Below are positions 30,753-39,689 of a stretch of 64,000 nucleotides of DNA, one piece after another. Below the pieces are notes generated by a model. The model saw only the letters and a program-made list of their open reading frames with translations. It ran no database searches and was not told where the DNA came from. The DNA lies in assembly GCA_038252255.1 (NCBI GenBank), contig JBBSAM010000002.1, forward strand, positions 87,964-151,963, given 5' to 3'. The DNA is from Acidimicrobiia bacterium (GTDB lineage: Bacteria; Actinomycetota; Acidimicrobiia; IMCC26256; JAENVU01). Each line of letters starts with the position of its first letter. The stretch's first letter is position 1. The position numbers and the translations under genes were made by a program.

Positions 30753-31160
30753 TCAGGCCGACTTCTTCGCCGGCTTGCCGGACGACCTGGACGACCTGGA
30801 CGACCTGGACGAGGAGCTGTCCTTCTTCGACCCGTTGGACGAGCCGGCCTTGCTGTCCGCCTTGGTCGACTCGGACTTGCCGTCCGACTTGGTCTCCGAC
30901 TTCGAGTCCGGCTTCGAATCGGTCTTGGAATCCGACTTCGACTCGGACTTGGACTCGGACGCCCGGGACTTCGCCTTGGAGGCGGCCCGGCTGTCCGTCT
31001 TGTAGAAGCCGGAGCCCTTCAGCACGATCCCGACCGGGGAGAAGACCCTGTGGAGCGACCCGCCGCAGTCGGAATGGCGCTTCAGCGGCGCTTCGCTGAA
31101 CGTCTGGTACACCTCGAGATGCTCCCCGCACTTGGAGCACTCATACTCGTAGGTGGGCAT
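30753..31160 (-). CDS. FmdB-family zinc-ribbon protein with a Ser/Lys-rich tail
   Basis: MPTYEYECSKCGEHLEV...HSDCGG (CxxC...CxxC-like ribbon), then a roughly 75-aa SK/SD/SR low-complexity tail. Confidence 0.85.
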   Translation of the reverse strand: MPTYEYECSKCGEHLEVYQTFSEAPLKRHSDCGGSLHRVFSPVGIVLKGSGFYKTDSRAASKAKSRASESKSESKSDSKTDSKPDSKSETKSDGKSESTKADSKAGSSNGSKKDSSSSRSSRSSRSSGKPAKKSA

Positions 31161-31307
31161 CTTCTTCGACCTCGTCTTCGTGCGGCCGGACCGGCTCAGT
31201 GTCCCTCGCTGGCAGTCGCGCTGTGAGAGTGCAACATCGTACCCGCCCAGTCATTCCCGGTCCCCCCGGAGCCCTCGTCCCGCAGGAGTGGGGCTCCATC
31301 GCCTTGA

Positions 31308-31922
31308 ATGGACGTCGTGAGCGACCTCGCCCTCGCCCTGATCCTGATCCTCCCGGCCTACTTCCTCGGGACGTTCCCGAGCGCGCTCCTCGTGGCCCGG
31401 GTGGGTGGCCACGACGTGCTCAACGAGGGCTCGGGCAACCCCGGCGCCTCGAACGTCGCCCGGCTCATGGGGTGGAAGGCCGGCATCGTCGTCCTGGCCG
31501 CGGACTTCGGGAAGGGTGCGATCGCCAGCGGCGTCGGTCTGGCGGTGGCCGGCCGGGGCGGCGCCTTCGCCCTCGGCATCGCCGCGGTGATCGGCCACAT
31601 GTTCCCGGCGACCCGTCGCTTCCGGGGTGGCAAGGGCGTGGCGACGGCCGGGGGGATGCTGATCGTCCTCTACCCCGTCATCGTGCTCGTCCTGGCCACG
31701 GTCTGGTTCCTCGTCGCCCGGGTGCTCAAGCTCGCGTCGGTCGGGTCGCTTCTCTGCGCGGTCCTGTTTCCGATCCTGGTCGCGTTCGCCGGTTACGGCG
31801 TCGTCGAGACCGTCGTCATCACCGCGCTCGCGCTCGTGGTCATCGCTCGCCACGCTTCGAATCTCAGGCGCCTGTTCGGCGGCCGCGAGCTCCGCACCGG
31901 AGAGACGGACCCGCCGAGCTGA
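31308..31922 (+). CDS. plsY: Glycerol-3-phosphate acyltransferase PlsY
   Basis: 204 aa, multi-TM, with GSGNPGASNVARLMG and FRGGKGVATAGG. Confidence 0.9.
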   Translation: MDVVSDLALALILILPAYFLGTFPSALLVARVGGHDVLNEGSGNPGASNVARLMGWKAGIVVLAADFGKGAIASGVGLAVAGRGGAFALGIAAVIGHMFPATRRFRGGKGVATAGGMLIVLYPVIVLVLATVWFLVARVLKLASVGSLLCAVLFPILVAFAGYGVVETVVITALALVVIARHASNLRRLFGGRELRTGETDPPS

Positions 31923-32042
31923 TCTCCCCGGGATTCCAACGGGCCCTCAACCTCTGGGTCCTCCCGGTCGAGAACCTCACGAATGCCGGTAACCTTTGCC
32001 CGGTTCCGAGCTGGTTGAGGCACCCCGAAGGAGAACGTCGCG

Positions 32043-32927
32043 ATGACCGCACCGGTCCGTAAGGCCGTCATCCCCGCCGCGGGTCTCGGCACCCGCTTCC
32101 TGCCGGCGACGAAGAGCCAGCCCAAGGAGATGCTCCCGGTCGTCGACAAGCCGTCGATCCAGTACGTGGTCGAGGAAGCGGTGCGAGCCGGGCTCACGGA
32201 CATCCTGATCATCACCGGCCGTGGCAAGCGGGCGATCGAGGACCACTTCGACCGCAACTTCGAGCTGGAGCACTACCTCGAGCAGAAGGGTGCGGACGAG
32301 CTGCTGAAGGAGGTCCAGGAGACCTCCGAGCTGGGCGACATCCACTACATCCGCCAGCGCGACCCGCTCGGCCTCGGGCACGCGGTCTCGGTCGCGCGCG
32401 AGCACGTCGGGAACGAGCCGTTCGCGGTCCTGCTCGGCGACGACATCATGGTGGACGAGTCGCGCCTGCTCCGGTCGATGCTGGACGTGCACGAGCGCTA
32501 CGGCCGCTCCGTCCTCGCGCTGAAAGAGGTGACCCCGGACGAGATCTCTTCGTACGGGTGCGTGGAGCCCGAAGAGGTGGAAGCCGAGCTCGTACGGGTG
32601 AAGTCGATCGTCGAGAAGCCGGCCAAGGGCAGCGCGCCGTCGAACCTCGCGGTCATCGGTCGGTACGTGTTCACGCCCGAGATCTTCGACGCGCTGGACC
32701 GCATCGAGCCGGGCGCGGGCGGGGAGCTGCAGCTCACCGATGCCATCGGGCTGCTCAACGAGACGCAGACGGTCTACGGCTGTGTGTTCCGCGACGGCCG
32801 CTACGACATCGGCCAGAAGATCGACTTCCTCCGGGCCAACGTCGAGCTCGCACTCGATCGCGACGACCTCGGTCCCGAGCTGGAGAAGATCCTGGTCGAC
32901 ATCGTCCATCGCCGCGGCCTCGTCTGA
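32043..32927 (+). CDS. galU: UTP--glucose-1-phosphate uridylyltransferase
   Basis: 294 aa with KAVIPAAGLGTRFLPATKSQPKEMLPVVDKP and VEKP. Confidence 0.92.
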   Translation: MTAPVRKAVIPAAGLGTRFLPATKSQPKEMLPVVDKPSIQYVVEEAVRAGLTDILIITGRGKRAIEDHFDRNFELEHYLEQKGADELLKEVQETSELGDIHYIRQRDPLGLGHAVSVAREHVGNEPFAVLLGDDIMVDESRLLRSMLDVHERYGRSVLALKEVTPDEISSYGCVEPEEVEAELVRVKSIVEKPAKGSAPSNLAVIGRYVFTPEIFDALDRIEPGAGGELQLTDAIGLLNETQTVYGCVFRDGRYDIGQKIDFLRANVELALDRDDLGPELEKILVDIVHRRGLV

Positions 32928-32940
32928 GCTCCACACTCCA

Positions 32941-33125
32941 CGATCTCCGGAGGGCGAACGCTCGACCCGGATCTCGCCGGTGCCCTCCGGCGGTCAGCGA
33001 TCTCCGGAGGGCGAACGCTCGACCCGGATCTCGCCGGTGCCCTCCGGCGGTCCACGATCTCCGGAGGGCGAACGCTCGACTCCGATCTCGCCGGCGGTCA
33101 GCGATCTCCGGAGGGCGAACGCTCG
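32941..33125. repeat. Intergenic tandem repeat: 57-bp unit, 3 copies plus a shortened fourth. Each full unit carries a 9-bp inverted repeat.
   Basis: Units begin with cgatctccggagggcgaacgctcg at 32941, 32998, 33055 and 33102. Within a unit, ccggagggc pairs with gccctccgg. Confidence 0.9.
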
Positions 33126-33150
33126 TGCGGCGGGGCGGTACGGTCGGCCG

Positions 33151-34356
33151 ATGATCCCGCTCGCAGAGGTGCAGGCCGAGATCCTCGGCTCGGTGTCCGC
33201 GCTGGCACCCGTGCCGGCGGCTCTCGGCGACGCGCTCGGGCTCGTTCTCGCGGAGCCGGTCGTCGCCCGCGAGCCGGTACCCCCGTTCGCCAACACCGCG
33301 ATGGACGGCTACGCGCTGCGAGCCGCCGACACCACGGGAGCGACCGAGGGGACGCCGGTGCGCCTCACCGTCGTCGCGGACCTGCCGGCCGGCCACGCGC
33401 CGACCGTTCCGGTTGGTCCCGGCGAAGCCGTGCGCATCATGACGGGCGCGCCGATCCCGGAGGGGGCCGACGCGATCGTCATGGTCGAGCGCACCGAGCG
33501 CGACGGGGCGGACGGGGTCCTCGTCCAGACGGCCGCCGCGGTCGGCGATCATCTGCGGGCCGCGGGCGGCGACGTGCAGGCGGGGGACCGTGTCTTCGAG
33601 GCGGGAATCGTGCTCGGGCCCGCCCACCTCGGCGTGCTCGCCAGCCTCGGCGCGACCGACGTGCCGGTGTTCCCCAAGGCCCGGGTCGGGGTGCTCTCGA
33701 CCGGCGACGAGCTGCGCGAAGGACCAGTGGAGCTGGCGCCGGGCCAGATCCGCGATTCGAACCGGCCCATGTTGCTCGCGATGTTGCGGGAAGCCGGGTG
33801 CGAGCCGGTGAACCTCGGGATCGCGCACGACGACGAGTCGTTCGTCGAGCGCGCGCTCACGGACGCGCTGGCCCGCTGCGACGCGCTGATCACGAGCGGC
33901 GGCGTCTCGGTCGGCGACTACGACGTCGTGAAGGCGGTGCTCGATCGGCTCGGCGTGCTGCAGTGGTGGCAGGTGGCGATCAAGCCGGCGAAGCCGCTGG
34001 CGTTCGGGCTCGTCCAGGGCGTCCCGTTGTTCGGGCTCCCGGGGAACCCGGTGAGCTCGCACGTGAGCTTCGAGCTGTTCGCCCGGCCCGCGCTGCGCAA
34101 GATGATGGGCCACGCCGAGCTGCAGCGGCCGCAGGTCGACGCGATAGCGGCGGCCCCGATGCCCCGCCGGCCCGACGGCAAGCTGCACCTCGATCGCGTC
34201 GTCGTGCACTACGAGGACGGCCGCTACGTCGCGCAACGTCGCGGCCCGCAGGTGAGCAACGCGCTCGCGGCGATGGCGGCGGCGAACGGGCTCGCGCTCC
34301 TACCCGACGGCGACGGCGCGGGAGAAGGCGACGTCATCAGAGTGATGCTGCTCTGA
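33151..34356 (+). CDS. moeA: Molybdopterin molybdenumtransferase MoeA
   Basis: ATG at 33151. Contains PPFANTAMDGYAL, ITSGGVSVGDYD and GLPGNPVSS. Confidence 0.9.
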   Translation: MIPLAEVQAEILGSVSALAPVPAALGDALGLVLAEPVVAREPVPPFANTAMDGYALRAADTTGATEGTPVRLTVVADLPAGHAPTVPVGPGEAVRIMTGAPIPEGADAIVMVERTERDGADGVLVQTAAAVGDHLRAAGGDVQAGDRVFEAGIVLGPAHLGVLASLGATDVPVFPKARVGVLSTGDELREGPVELAPGQIRDSNRPMLLAMLREAGCEPVNLGIAHDDESFVERALTDALARCDALITSGGVSVGDYDVVKAVLDRLGVLQWWQVAIKPAKPLAFGLVQGVPLFGLPGNPVSSHVSFELFARPALRKMMGHAELQRPQVDAIAAAPMPRRPDGKLHLDRVVVHYEDGRYVAQRRGPQVSNALAAMAAANGLALLPDGDGAGEGDVIRVMLL

Positions 34357-34486
34357 GTCTCTTGCGTGAGCGGGGGCCGGAGCGGGCACGAGGTGCGGAG
34401 CCCGGAGTGACCCGGAACGAACGCGGGAGTGCCCGGGGTGTGAGCCCCGGGCACTCGCCTCCCTAGCGCAACCTGTTTGCCGCGTG

Positions 34487-34891
34487 TTAGTGCGTTCCCT
34501 CCCGATGGCTGGATCGCACCAGTGCGGCCGCAGCCGCGGCGCACAGCAGCAGAAATACTCCGGCCATCGCGAGGATGGTCTCGGAACCAGTGGTATCGGG
34601 CAGCGCGGCTGCGGACGCCCCCGTCGCAGCCGCGCTGCCCAGCACAGTCGCAGTCTCAGTGGTGGCCCCCGTCCGAACCACCCTGCCAACCGCGGCCGCG
34701 ATCAATGTCGACCTTGCCGTCGTGGCGCCCCTGTCCATCGCCACGACCAAACCTGTTGCCGCGCCGGCCGTGGCCGGAGCGAGCTCGTCGCCCGAGAGAC
34801 CCGGGCGCGCTCCCAGAAGGGCCGCAGTGCCGGCGAGGAGCGCCAGCGTGCCGGCGGTGAGCCGGCGGGCCGTTCGGGAGGACTGTCGCAT
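34487..34891 (-). CDS. Small Ala/Thr/Gly-rich secreted protein with a sortase-like C-terminal sorting signal (tentative)
   Basis: The ATG at 34891 has gaggtgg upstream. The signal-like N-terminus is MRQSSRTARRLTAGTLALLAGTAALLGA. The C-terminus is LPDTTGSE followed by the hydrophobic stretch ILAMAGVFLLLCAAAAAALV and a basic tail RSSHR. The opposite-strand ORF shares third codon positions, so strand choice rests on these signals only. Confidence 0.4.
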   Translation of the reverse strand: MRQSSRTARRLTAGTLALLAGTAALLGARPGLSGDELAPATAGAATGLVVAMDRGATTARSTLIAAAVGRVVRTGATTETATVLGSAAATGASAAALPDTTGSETILAMAGVFLLLCAAAAAALVRSSHREGTH

Positions 34892-35180
34892 GAGCCACCT
34901 CGGTGCGAATCGGAGAGACCAAGCCCCATGAAGAGCTGGGGCCGGTTTCGCACTGGCTCCCCGCAGGCTCATGCGACCAGTGATCGCCTGCGGATCAACG
35001 CCTCCCCGAGGTGTGACCTGTCTCTGTTGTCAGTGCGGTGCCTGCCTCCCAGTGGCGCCGCTCGAGAGCAGTAAACCACTCTGCGCGCGAGGTTGGAATA
35101 GGGCAACCGGCCCAAAAGTGCCGCCGGTCACGTCCGGATTCCCCGGGAGCCCGACGCAGCTGCTGTGGCACTCTGAGGGG

Positions 35181-36188
35181 GTGCAGTCGACGCTGGTTCC
35201 GTTGATCGATCCGTACGCCCGCCGGGTGCGGGACCTGCGGCTCTCGGTCACCGACCGCTGCAACTTCCGGTGCACCTACTGCATGCCCGAGGAGGGTATG
35301 GAGTGGCTGCCCCGGTCCGAGCTGCTGACCTACGAGGAGCTGGCCCGGATCGCGCGGGTGTGCGTCGAGCGGTGGGGCTTCGACGGGATCCGGGTCACCG
35401 GTGGCGAGCCGACGGTCCGAGCCCACCTGCCGCGGCTCTTCGAGCTCCTGCGCCCGCTCGGCGTGGACCTCGCGATGACGACGAATGGGGTTCGCCTGCC
35501 CGAGGTCGCACACGATCTCGCGGCAGCCGGCCTGCAGCGGGTCAACATCTCGCTCGACACGCTCCGACCCGAGACGTTCCGCGCGCTCACCCGTCGCGAC
35601 GAGCTCGATCGGGTCCTCGCCGGTGTCGACGCTGCGCTCGACGCGGGCTTGTCGCCGGTGAAGATCAACTGTGTCGTGATCCGCGGTGTGAACGACGACG
35701 AGGTCGTCGATCTCGCCGCGTTCGGCCGCACGTATGGAGTCGGCGTGCGGTTCATCGAGTTCATGCCGCTCGACGCGCAAGGCGAGTGGACGATGGACCA
35801 GGTCGTGCCGGCGCAGGAGATCCTCGAGCGGATCGACGCGGTGTTCCCACTCGGGGACGAGGCCGAGACGCAGACCGGCGCGCACGTCGAACCCGCGGCC
35901 CGGGTCAGGTACCGCGACGGGGTCGGCGACGTCGGTGTGATCGCGAGCGTGACCGAGCCGTTCTGCGAGAGCTGCGACCGCGTGCGCATCACCGCGGAGG
36001 GCAAATTCCGGACCTGCCTCTTCGCGTTGGAGGAGACGGACCTTCGCGCGGTGATGCGCGACGGCGGCACGGATGCCGACCTCGCCGCGGCGATCGAAGC
36101 GGCAGTCGGCACGAAATGGGCCGGGCACCGGATCGGCCAGGTCACGTTCGTGCGGCCGGGGCGGTCGATGAGCCAGATCGGCGGATAG
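35181..36188 (+). CDS. moaA: GTP 3',8-cyclase MoaA (radical SAM)
   Basis: GTG at 35181. Contains DRCNFRCTYCMP (CxxxCxxC) and a C-terminal FCESCDRVRITAEGKFRTCLF cluster. Confidence 0.92.
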   Translation: MQSTLVPLIDPYARRVRDLRLSVTDRCNFRCTYCMPEEGMEWLPRSELLTYEELARIARVCVERWGFDGIRVTGGEPTVRAHLPRLFELLRPLGVDLAMTTNGVRLPEVAHDLAAAGLQRVNISLDTLRPETFRALTRRDELDRVLAGVDAALDAGLSPVKINCVVIRGVNDDEVVDLAAFGRTYGVGVRFIEFMPLDAQGEWTMDQVVPAQEILERIDAVFPLGDEAETQTGAHVEPAARVRYRDGVGDVGVIASVTEPFCESCDRVRITAEGKFRTCLFALEETDLRAVMRDGGTDADLAAAIEAAVGTKWAGHRIGQVTFVRPGRSMSQIGG

Positions 36189-36210
36189 CCCCCGCCCCTA
36201 GACTGTCGGG

Positions 36211-36711
36211 ATGGCTTCCGAGTTCACGCACCTCGACCCGCTCGGTCGTGCCCGCATGGTCGACGTGTCGGCCAAGGACCCGAGCCACCGGCGGGCCGTC
36301 GCTCGGTGCCGGGTCTACATGGAGGCGGACACGGCCTCGAAGATCGCGTCGGGTGCGATCAGCAAGGGCGACGTGCTCGCCGTGGCCCGGGTGGCCGGGA
36401 TCCAGGCCGCCAAGCAGACGGCCAACCTGCTCCCGCTCTGCCACCCACTGCTCGTGGGGTCCGTGTTCGTGAACTTCCGGATCGAGGAGGGCCACGTCGA
36501 GGTCGAGACCCAGGTGGACTGCGTGGACCGGACCGGGGTCGAGATGGAGGCGCTCACCGGGTGTGCTGTGGCCGCATTGACCGTCTACGACATGTGCAAG
36601 TCGAGCGATCGGGGCATGACGATCGGCGACCTCGCGCTCTGGGAGAAGACCGGTGGACGCTCCGGGGTCTGGCGCCGCCCGGGCCGCGATCTGGACGATT
36701 TCGCGCTCTGA
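36211..36711 (+). CDS. moaC: Cyclic pyranopterin monophosphate synthase MoaC
   Basis: 166 aa with LTHLD..GRARMVDVS, KGDVLAVARVAGI.AAK.T..L.PLCH and TGVEMEALT. Confidence 0.92.
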   Translation: MASEFTHLDPLGRARMVDVSAKDPSHRRAVARCRVYMEADTASKIASGAISKGDVLAVARVAGIQAAKQTANLLPLCHPLLVGSVFVNFRIEEGHVEVETQVDCVDRTGVEMEALTGCAVAALTVYDMCKSSDRGMTIGDLALWEKTGGRSGVWRRPGRDLDDFAL

Positions 36712-36905
36712 GGCGCGGCTCGCGCGCCCTCGGCGCGCCGGGCATCACTTGCCGAACAAGTGTTCGTCGGCGGGCTCGACTCCGACGCGGAGTGGCGTCT
36801 AAGGTCGACTCTGGTTCTTGCGGAGGGCCACCTTGAAGCCCGGGTATCCACCGTTTCGCGCCCACCGCTCGTTAGCGTCCGCCTCACGGAAAGCGACAGG
36901 GAGCC

Positions 36906-37487
36906 TTGGCGATTCCCGTACTTGTAGTTCTCGCGGTGCTTTGGGCGGCCTTCTTTCTCTGGCCCCTCGTGTCGGGTCGAAGCAGCTCCGGGCGGCGGTC
37001 GGATTCGATCGGCGACTTCAGCTACCGGCTCGGCGTGATCGGCAAGACCGGCGGCCACAACCGGCGGCGCCGGTCCACCCCGCCGGCGATCCCCGTCGCG
37101 ATGCCTCCGGCGATCCCGCCCGCGCGCCCGCTGCACGCGGCGGTCCCCGGAGCGAACGGCCAGGGTCCGCGCGGCGCAGTCCCGCGAGCGGCCGCGCCCG
37201 TGCTCGGCCTGCCCCACCCCGGCATGACGCGGTCGCAGCGTCGCCGCCGTGATGTGCTGCTCATCCTCGGTGTCGGGGTGCTGAGCACGTTGCTGCTGGC
37301 GATCGTGGCCGGGAACCCGCTCTTCTGGCTGGTGCAGGGCCTCACCGACGTTCTGCTCGCCGGCTACCTGCTCCTGCTCGTCCGCATGAAGCGGACGGAC
37401 AGCCAGCGCCGGGCGAAGGTGCACTACCTGCCCGGTCCGGCCAGTGCACCGGCGCTCGTGCTCCGGCGCAGCAGCGTCTCCTCCTAG
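36906..37487 (+). CDS. Hypothetical membrane protein
   Basis: TTG start. Has an N-terminal TM helix IPVLVVLAVLWAAFFLWPLV and a second TM pair near the C-terminus. No family was recognised. Confidence 0.5.
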   Translation: MAIPVLVVLAVLWAAFFLWPLVSGRSSSGRRSDSIGDFSYRLGVIGKTGGHNRRRRSTPPAIPVAMPPAIPPARPLHAAVPGANGQGPRGAVPRAAAPVLGLPHPGMTRSQRRRRDVLLILGVGVLSTLLLAIVAGNPLFWLVQGLTDVLLAGYLLLLVRMKRTDSQRRAKVHYLPGPASAPALVLRRSSVSS

Positions 37488-37501
37488 CTAGATTCGAGCC
37501 C

Positions 37502-38149
37502 GTGAATCGGGCCGAGGAGATCGCGCGTGCAGGTGACGTGCTCCGCGGCGTCCTGGAGGCGAAGCACCGCGCCCGCGAGGTGACGCTCGGCGCGTCGCGC
37601 CAGACGATCCAGTGCGCGGCCGCGTCGATCCGGGCCACCCACCGCGGTGAGTTCGAGCGGGCCGAGGAGCTCGCGGCCGAGGGCGCCGCCCATCTCGCCC
37701 GGGCGGACGAAGCCGTCGCCGCGCACCAGGACGTCCGTCACGGCGGCTACCTGCACGACGCGAAGAAGGAGTACGCCGAGGCGCGCATCACGCTGGCCTT
37801 CGTTCGGGGCGATCCGCTCCCGCCGCCGGCGGACCTCGGCGTCGAGCCGCCGGCGTATCTCAACGGACTGGCGGAGGCGGCGAGCGAGCTGCGCCGGCAC
37901 ATCCTGGACTGCCTGCGAGCGGATCGGCTCGAGCGGGCCGAGATGCTGCTCGCCACGATGGACGACGTGTACGGGTTGCTCGTAACCATCGACTATCCCG
38001 ACGCCGTCACCGGGGGGTTGCGCCGCACGACCGACGCGCTGCGCGCCGTCGTCGAACGGACCCGTGGCGATCTCACCAACGCGCTCGTCGCGGCGCGGCT
38101 GCGCGCCGCGATCGCCGGCGCAGATGACCCCTCGGTCCCCGACGCCTAG
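37502..38149 (+). CDS. Translin-like family protein
   Basis: 215 aa, all-helical. The blocks YLHDAKKEYAEA and YLNGLAEAASELRR resemble bacterial/archaeal translin-family proteins. The assignment is by recollection only. Confidence 0.5.
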   Translation: MNRAEEIARAGDVLRGVLEAKHRAREVTLGASRQTIQCAAASIRATHRGEFERAEELAAEGAAHLARADEAVAAHQDVRHGGYLHDAKKEYAEARITLAFVRGDPLPPPADLGVEPPAYLNGLAEAASELRRHILDCLRADRLERAEMLLATMDDVYGLLVTIDYPDAVTGGLRRTTDALRAVVERTRGDLTNALVAARLRAAIAGADDPSVPDA

Positions 38150-38184
38150 GATCCGGCGAAGCGGACAAGGGGGGCGAACTGCCG

Positions 38185-39474
38185 GTGATGAGCCGTGTGG
38201 TGCTGAAGCGGGCCGTGCTGGCGGTCGTCGTGGTGCTGGTCGCCGCCTCGTGCCACCACTTCCCTCCGGCCGATGGTCCCCACGGGCCCGGCCTCGTCAT
38301 CACCGTCAGCCCTCCGCACGCCGGCGGATCCCGGGTGGTGCAGGTGACCGCGCCGCGACTGCGCGATGAGTCCGCGGTGCCGGTGTCGGTCTGGCTCGAC
38401 CACTCGCGCAAGGCGCCGATCGAGCGCGGCACGCTCCCGCTCACCTTCGTCCTCGACGGGTCGCTCGCGGGTCCCGGGCCGCACCGGCTCGCCGCCTTCG
38501 CCCACGGCGACTGGAAGTCGCGCCAGGGCGAGCAATGGTTCTCCGGCGACCTGCGGCTCAACCAGCTCCAGGCGCTCGGGACGCACAACAGCTACCACGT
38601 CGCCCCTACGGTCGAGCCGTGGTCGACGATCCAGCAGTGGCAGTACAGCCACGATCCGCTCGAGACGCAGTTCGGTTCGGAAGGGGTGCGCCAGATCGAG
38701 CTGGACGTGTACGCCGATCCGGCCGGCATCCGGGTCCTGCACGTGCCCGACGTGGACTTCGGCACGACGTGTTCGCTCTACGTCGACTGCCTGCGCCAGG
38801 TAAAGCACTGGTCCGACGCGAACCCGCAGCACGCGCCGATCGCGATCCTCACCGAGCTGAACGACGTCAACTACGGGTTCCCGACCCCCGTCCTCCCGTG
38901 GGACGGCCCGGCGATGGACCAGCTCGACAACGAGATTCGCTCCGTCTTCAGCCCGCGCGAGGTGCTCACCCCGGACGACGTGCGCGGTCACCACGCGACG
39001 CTCGCCGATGCGATCGCGACCGACGGCTGGCCGACGATCGACTCCGTGCGCGGACAGGTGCTGTTCCTCATGGACAACGCGGGTTCGTACCGTGACACCT
39101 ACACCGCCGGTCACCCGAACCTCGAGCACCGGATGCTCTTCACCAACTCCGAGATCGGCCGGCCCGACGCCGCGTTCATCAAGCTCAACGACCCGGTCGG
39201 AGACCAAGCCGCGATCCAGGCCGCAGTGGCCGCGGGCTACGTGGTGCGGACCCGGACCGACGCCGACACCTTCGAGGCGCGGGCGAACAACACGGTGCCT
39301 CGAGACGCGGCGCTCGTCGGTGGCGCGCAGTGGGTGAGCACGGACTACGAGGTGCCGGGGCGCGCGTACGGCCAGCCGTACTTCGTCTCGATCCCGGGCG
39401 GTACCCCTGATCGCTGCAACCCGCTGAACGCGCCGCCGTGGTGCACCTCGCGCCAGATCGAGTCGCTCCGCTGA
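38185..39474 (+). CDS. PLC-like phosphodiesterase (Ca-dependent PI-specific phospholipase C-like), lipoprotein
   Basis: 429 aa. Signal/lipobox VVVVLVAASC, then LNQLQALGTHNSYH (PLC X-box-like catalytic His). Confidence 0.65.
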   Translation: MMSRVVLKRAVLAVVVVLVAASCHHFPPADGPHGPGLVITVSPPHAGGSRVVQVTAPRLRDESAVPVSVWLDHSRKAPIERGTLPLTFVLDGSLAGPGPHRLAAFAHGDWKSRQGEQWFSGDLRLNQLQALGTHNSYHVAPTVEPWSTIQQWQYSHDPLETQFGSEGVRQIELDVYADPAGIRVLHVPDVDFGTTCSLYVDCLRQVKHWSDANPQHAPIAILTELNDVNYGFPTPVLPWDGPAMDQLDNEIRSVFSPREVLTPDDVRGHHATLADAIATDGWPTIDSVRGQVLFLMDNAGSYRDTYTAGHPNLEHRMLFTNSEIGRPDAAFIKLNDPVGDQAAIQAAVAAGYVVRTRTDADTFEARANNTVPRDAALVGGAQWVSTDYEVPGRAYGQPYFVSIPGGTPDRCNPLNAPPWCTSRQIESLR

Positions 39475-39520
39475 GCACCGGAGTCCACCGGACCGCGTTT
39501 GGTACCCTCCAAGGTCCCTC

Positions 39521-39594
39521 GGGGGTGTAGCTCAGCCCGGTAGAGCGCTACGTTCGCAACGTAGAAGTCGTGGGTTCAAGTCCCATCACCTCCA
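39521..39594 (+). tRNA. tRNA-Ala (anticodon CGC)
   Basis: Folded manually into a 74-nt cloverleaf. Acceptor stem GGGGGTG/CACCTCC includes the G3:U70 alanine identity pair. The anticodon stem is CTACG/CGTAG with loop TTCGCAA, and the T-loop is TTCAAGT. CCA is not encoded. Confidence 0.95.
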
Positions 39595-39612
39595 CTCCGT
39601 AAGTCCTGGTCA
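39553..39612 (+). repeat. Direct repeat DR1 (attL): 3' part of tRNA-Ala plus 18 nt downstream
   Basis: ttcgcaacgtagaagtcgtgggttcaagtcccatcacctccactccgtaagtcctggtca is identical over 60 bp to 63751-63810. Its first 43 bp are identical to 57662-57704. Confidence 0.92.
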
Positions 39613-39652
39613 GCGGCCCGAGGCTGCGCTCCGGTTGCCTGGCTCGGCGCCA

Positions 39653-39673
39653 TTGGCAACCGTTTGGCAACGG
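39653..39673 (+). repeat. Two direct TTGGCAAC repeats (candidate integrase arm-type sites) just upstream of int
   Basis: ttggcaaccgtttggcaacgg. The same doublet recurs at 57539 and 63628, immediately upstream of the other two tRNA-fragment repeats. Confidence 0.7.
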
Positions 39674-39689
39674 ATTACCCTCCCGGGCC

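Noticed and set aside
32941-33125. Possible CRISPR array, because of regularly spaced repeats.
   Set aside because: The units are directly abutting with no unique spacers. There are only about 3.8 copies and no cas genes nearby. It is a simple tandem repeat.
34575-34931. 118-aa plus-strand ORF antisense to the small sortase-signal-like ORF.
   Set aside because: It shares third-codon positions with the minus-strand ORF, so composition cannot discriminate. It lacks an RBS at proper spacing and has no signal or anchor logic, so the minus-strand reading is tentatively preferred.
36712-36905. Spacer after moaC with several overlapping short ORFs.
   Set aside because: No repeats, structures or motifs were seen. 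It is treated as ordinary intergenic DNA.
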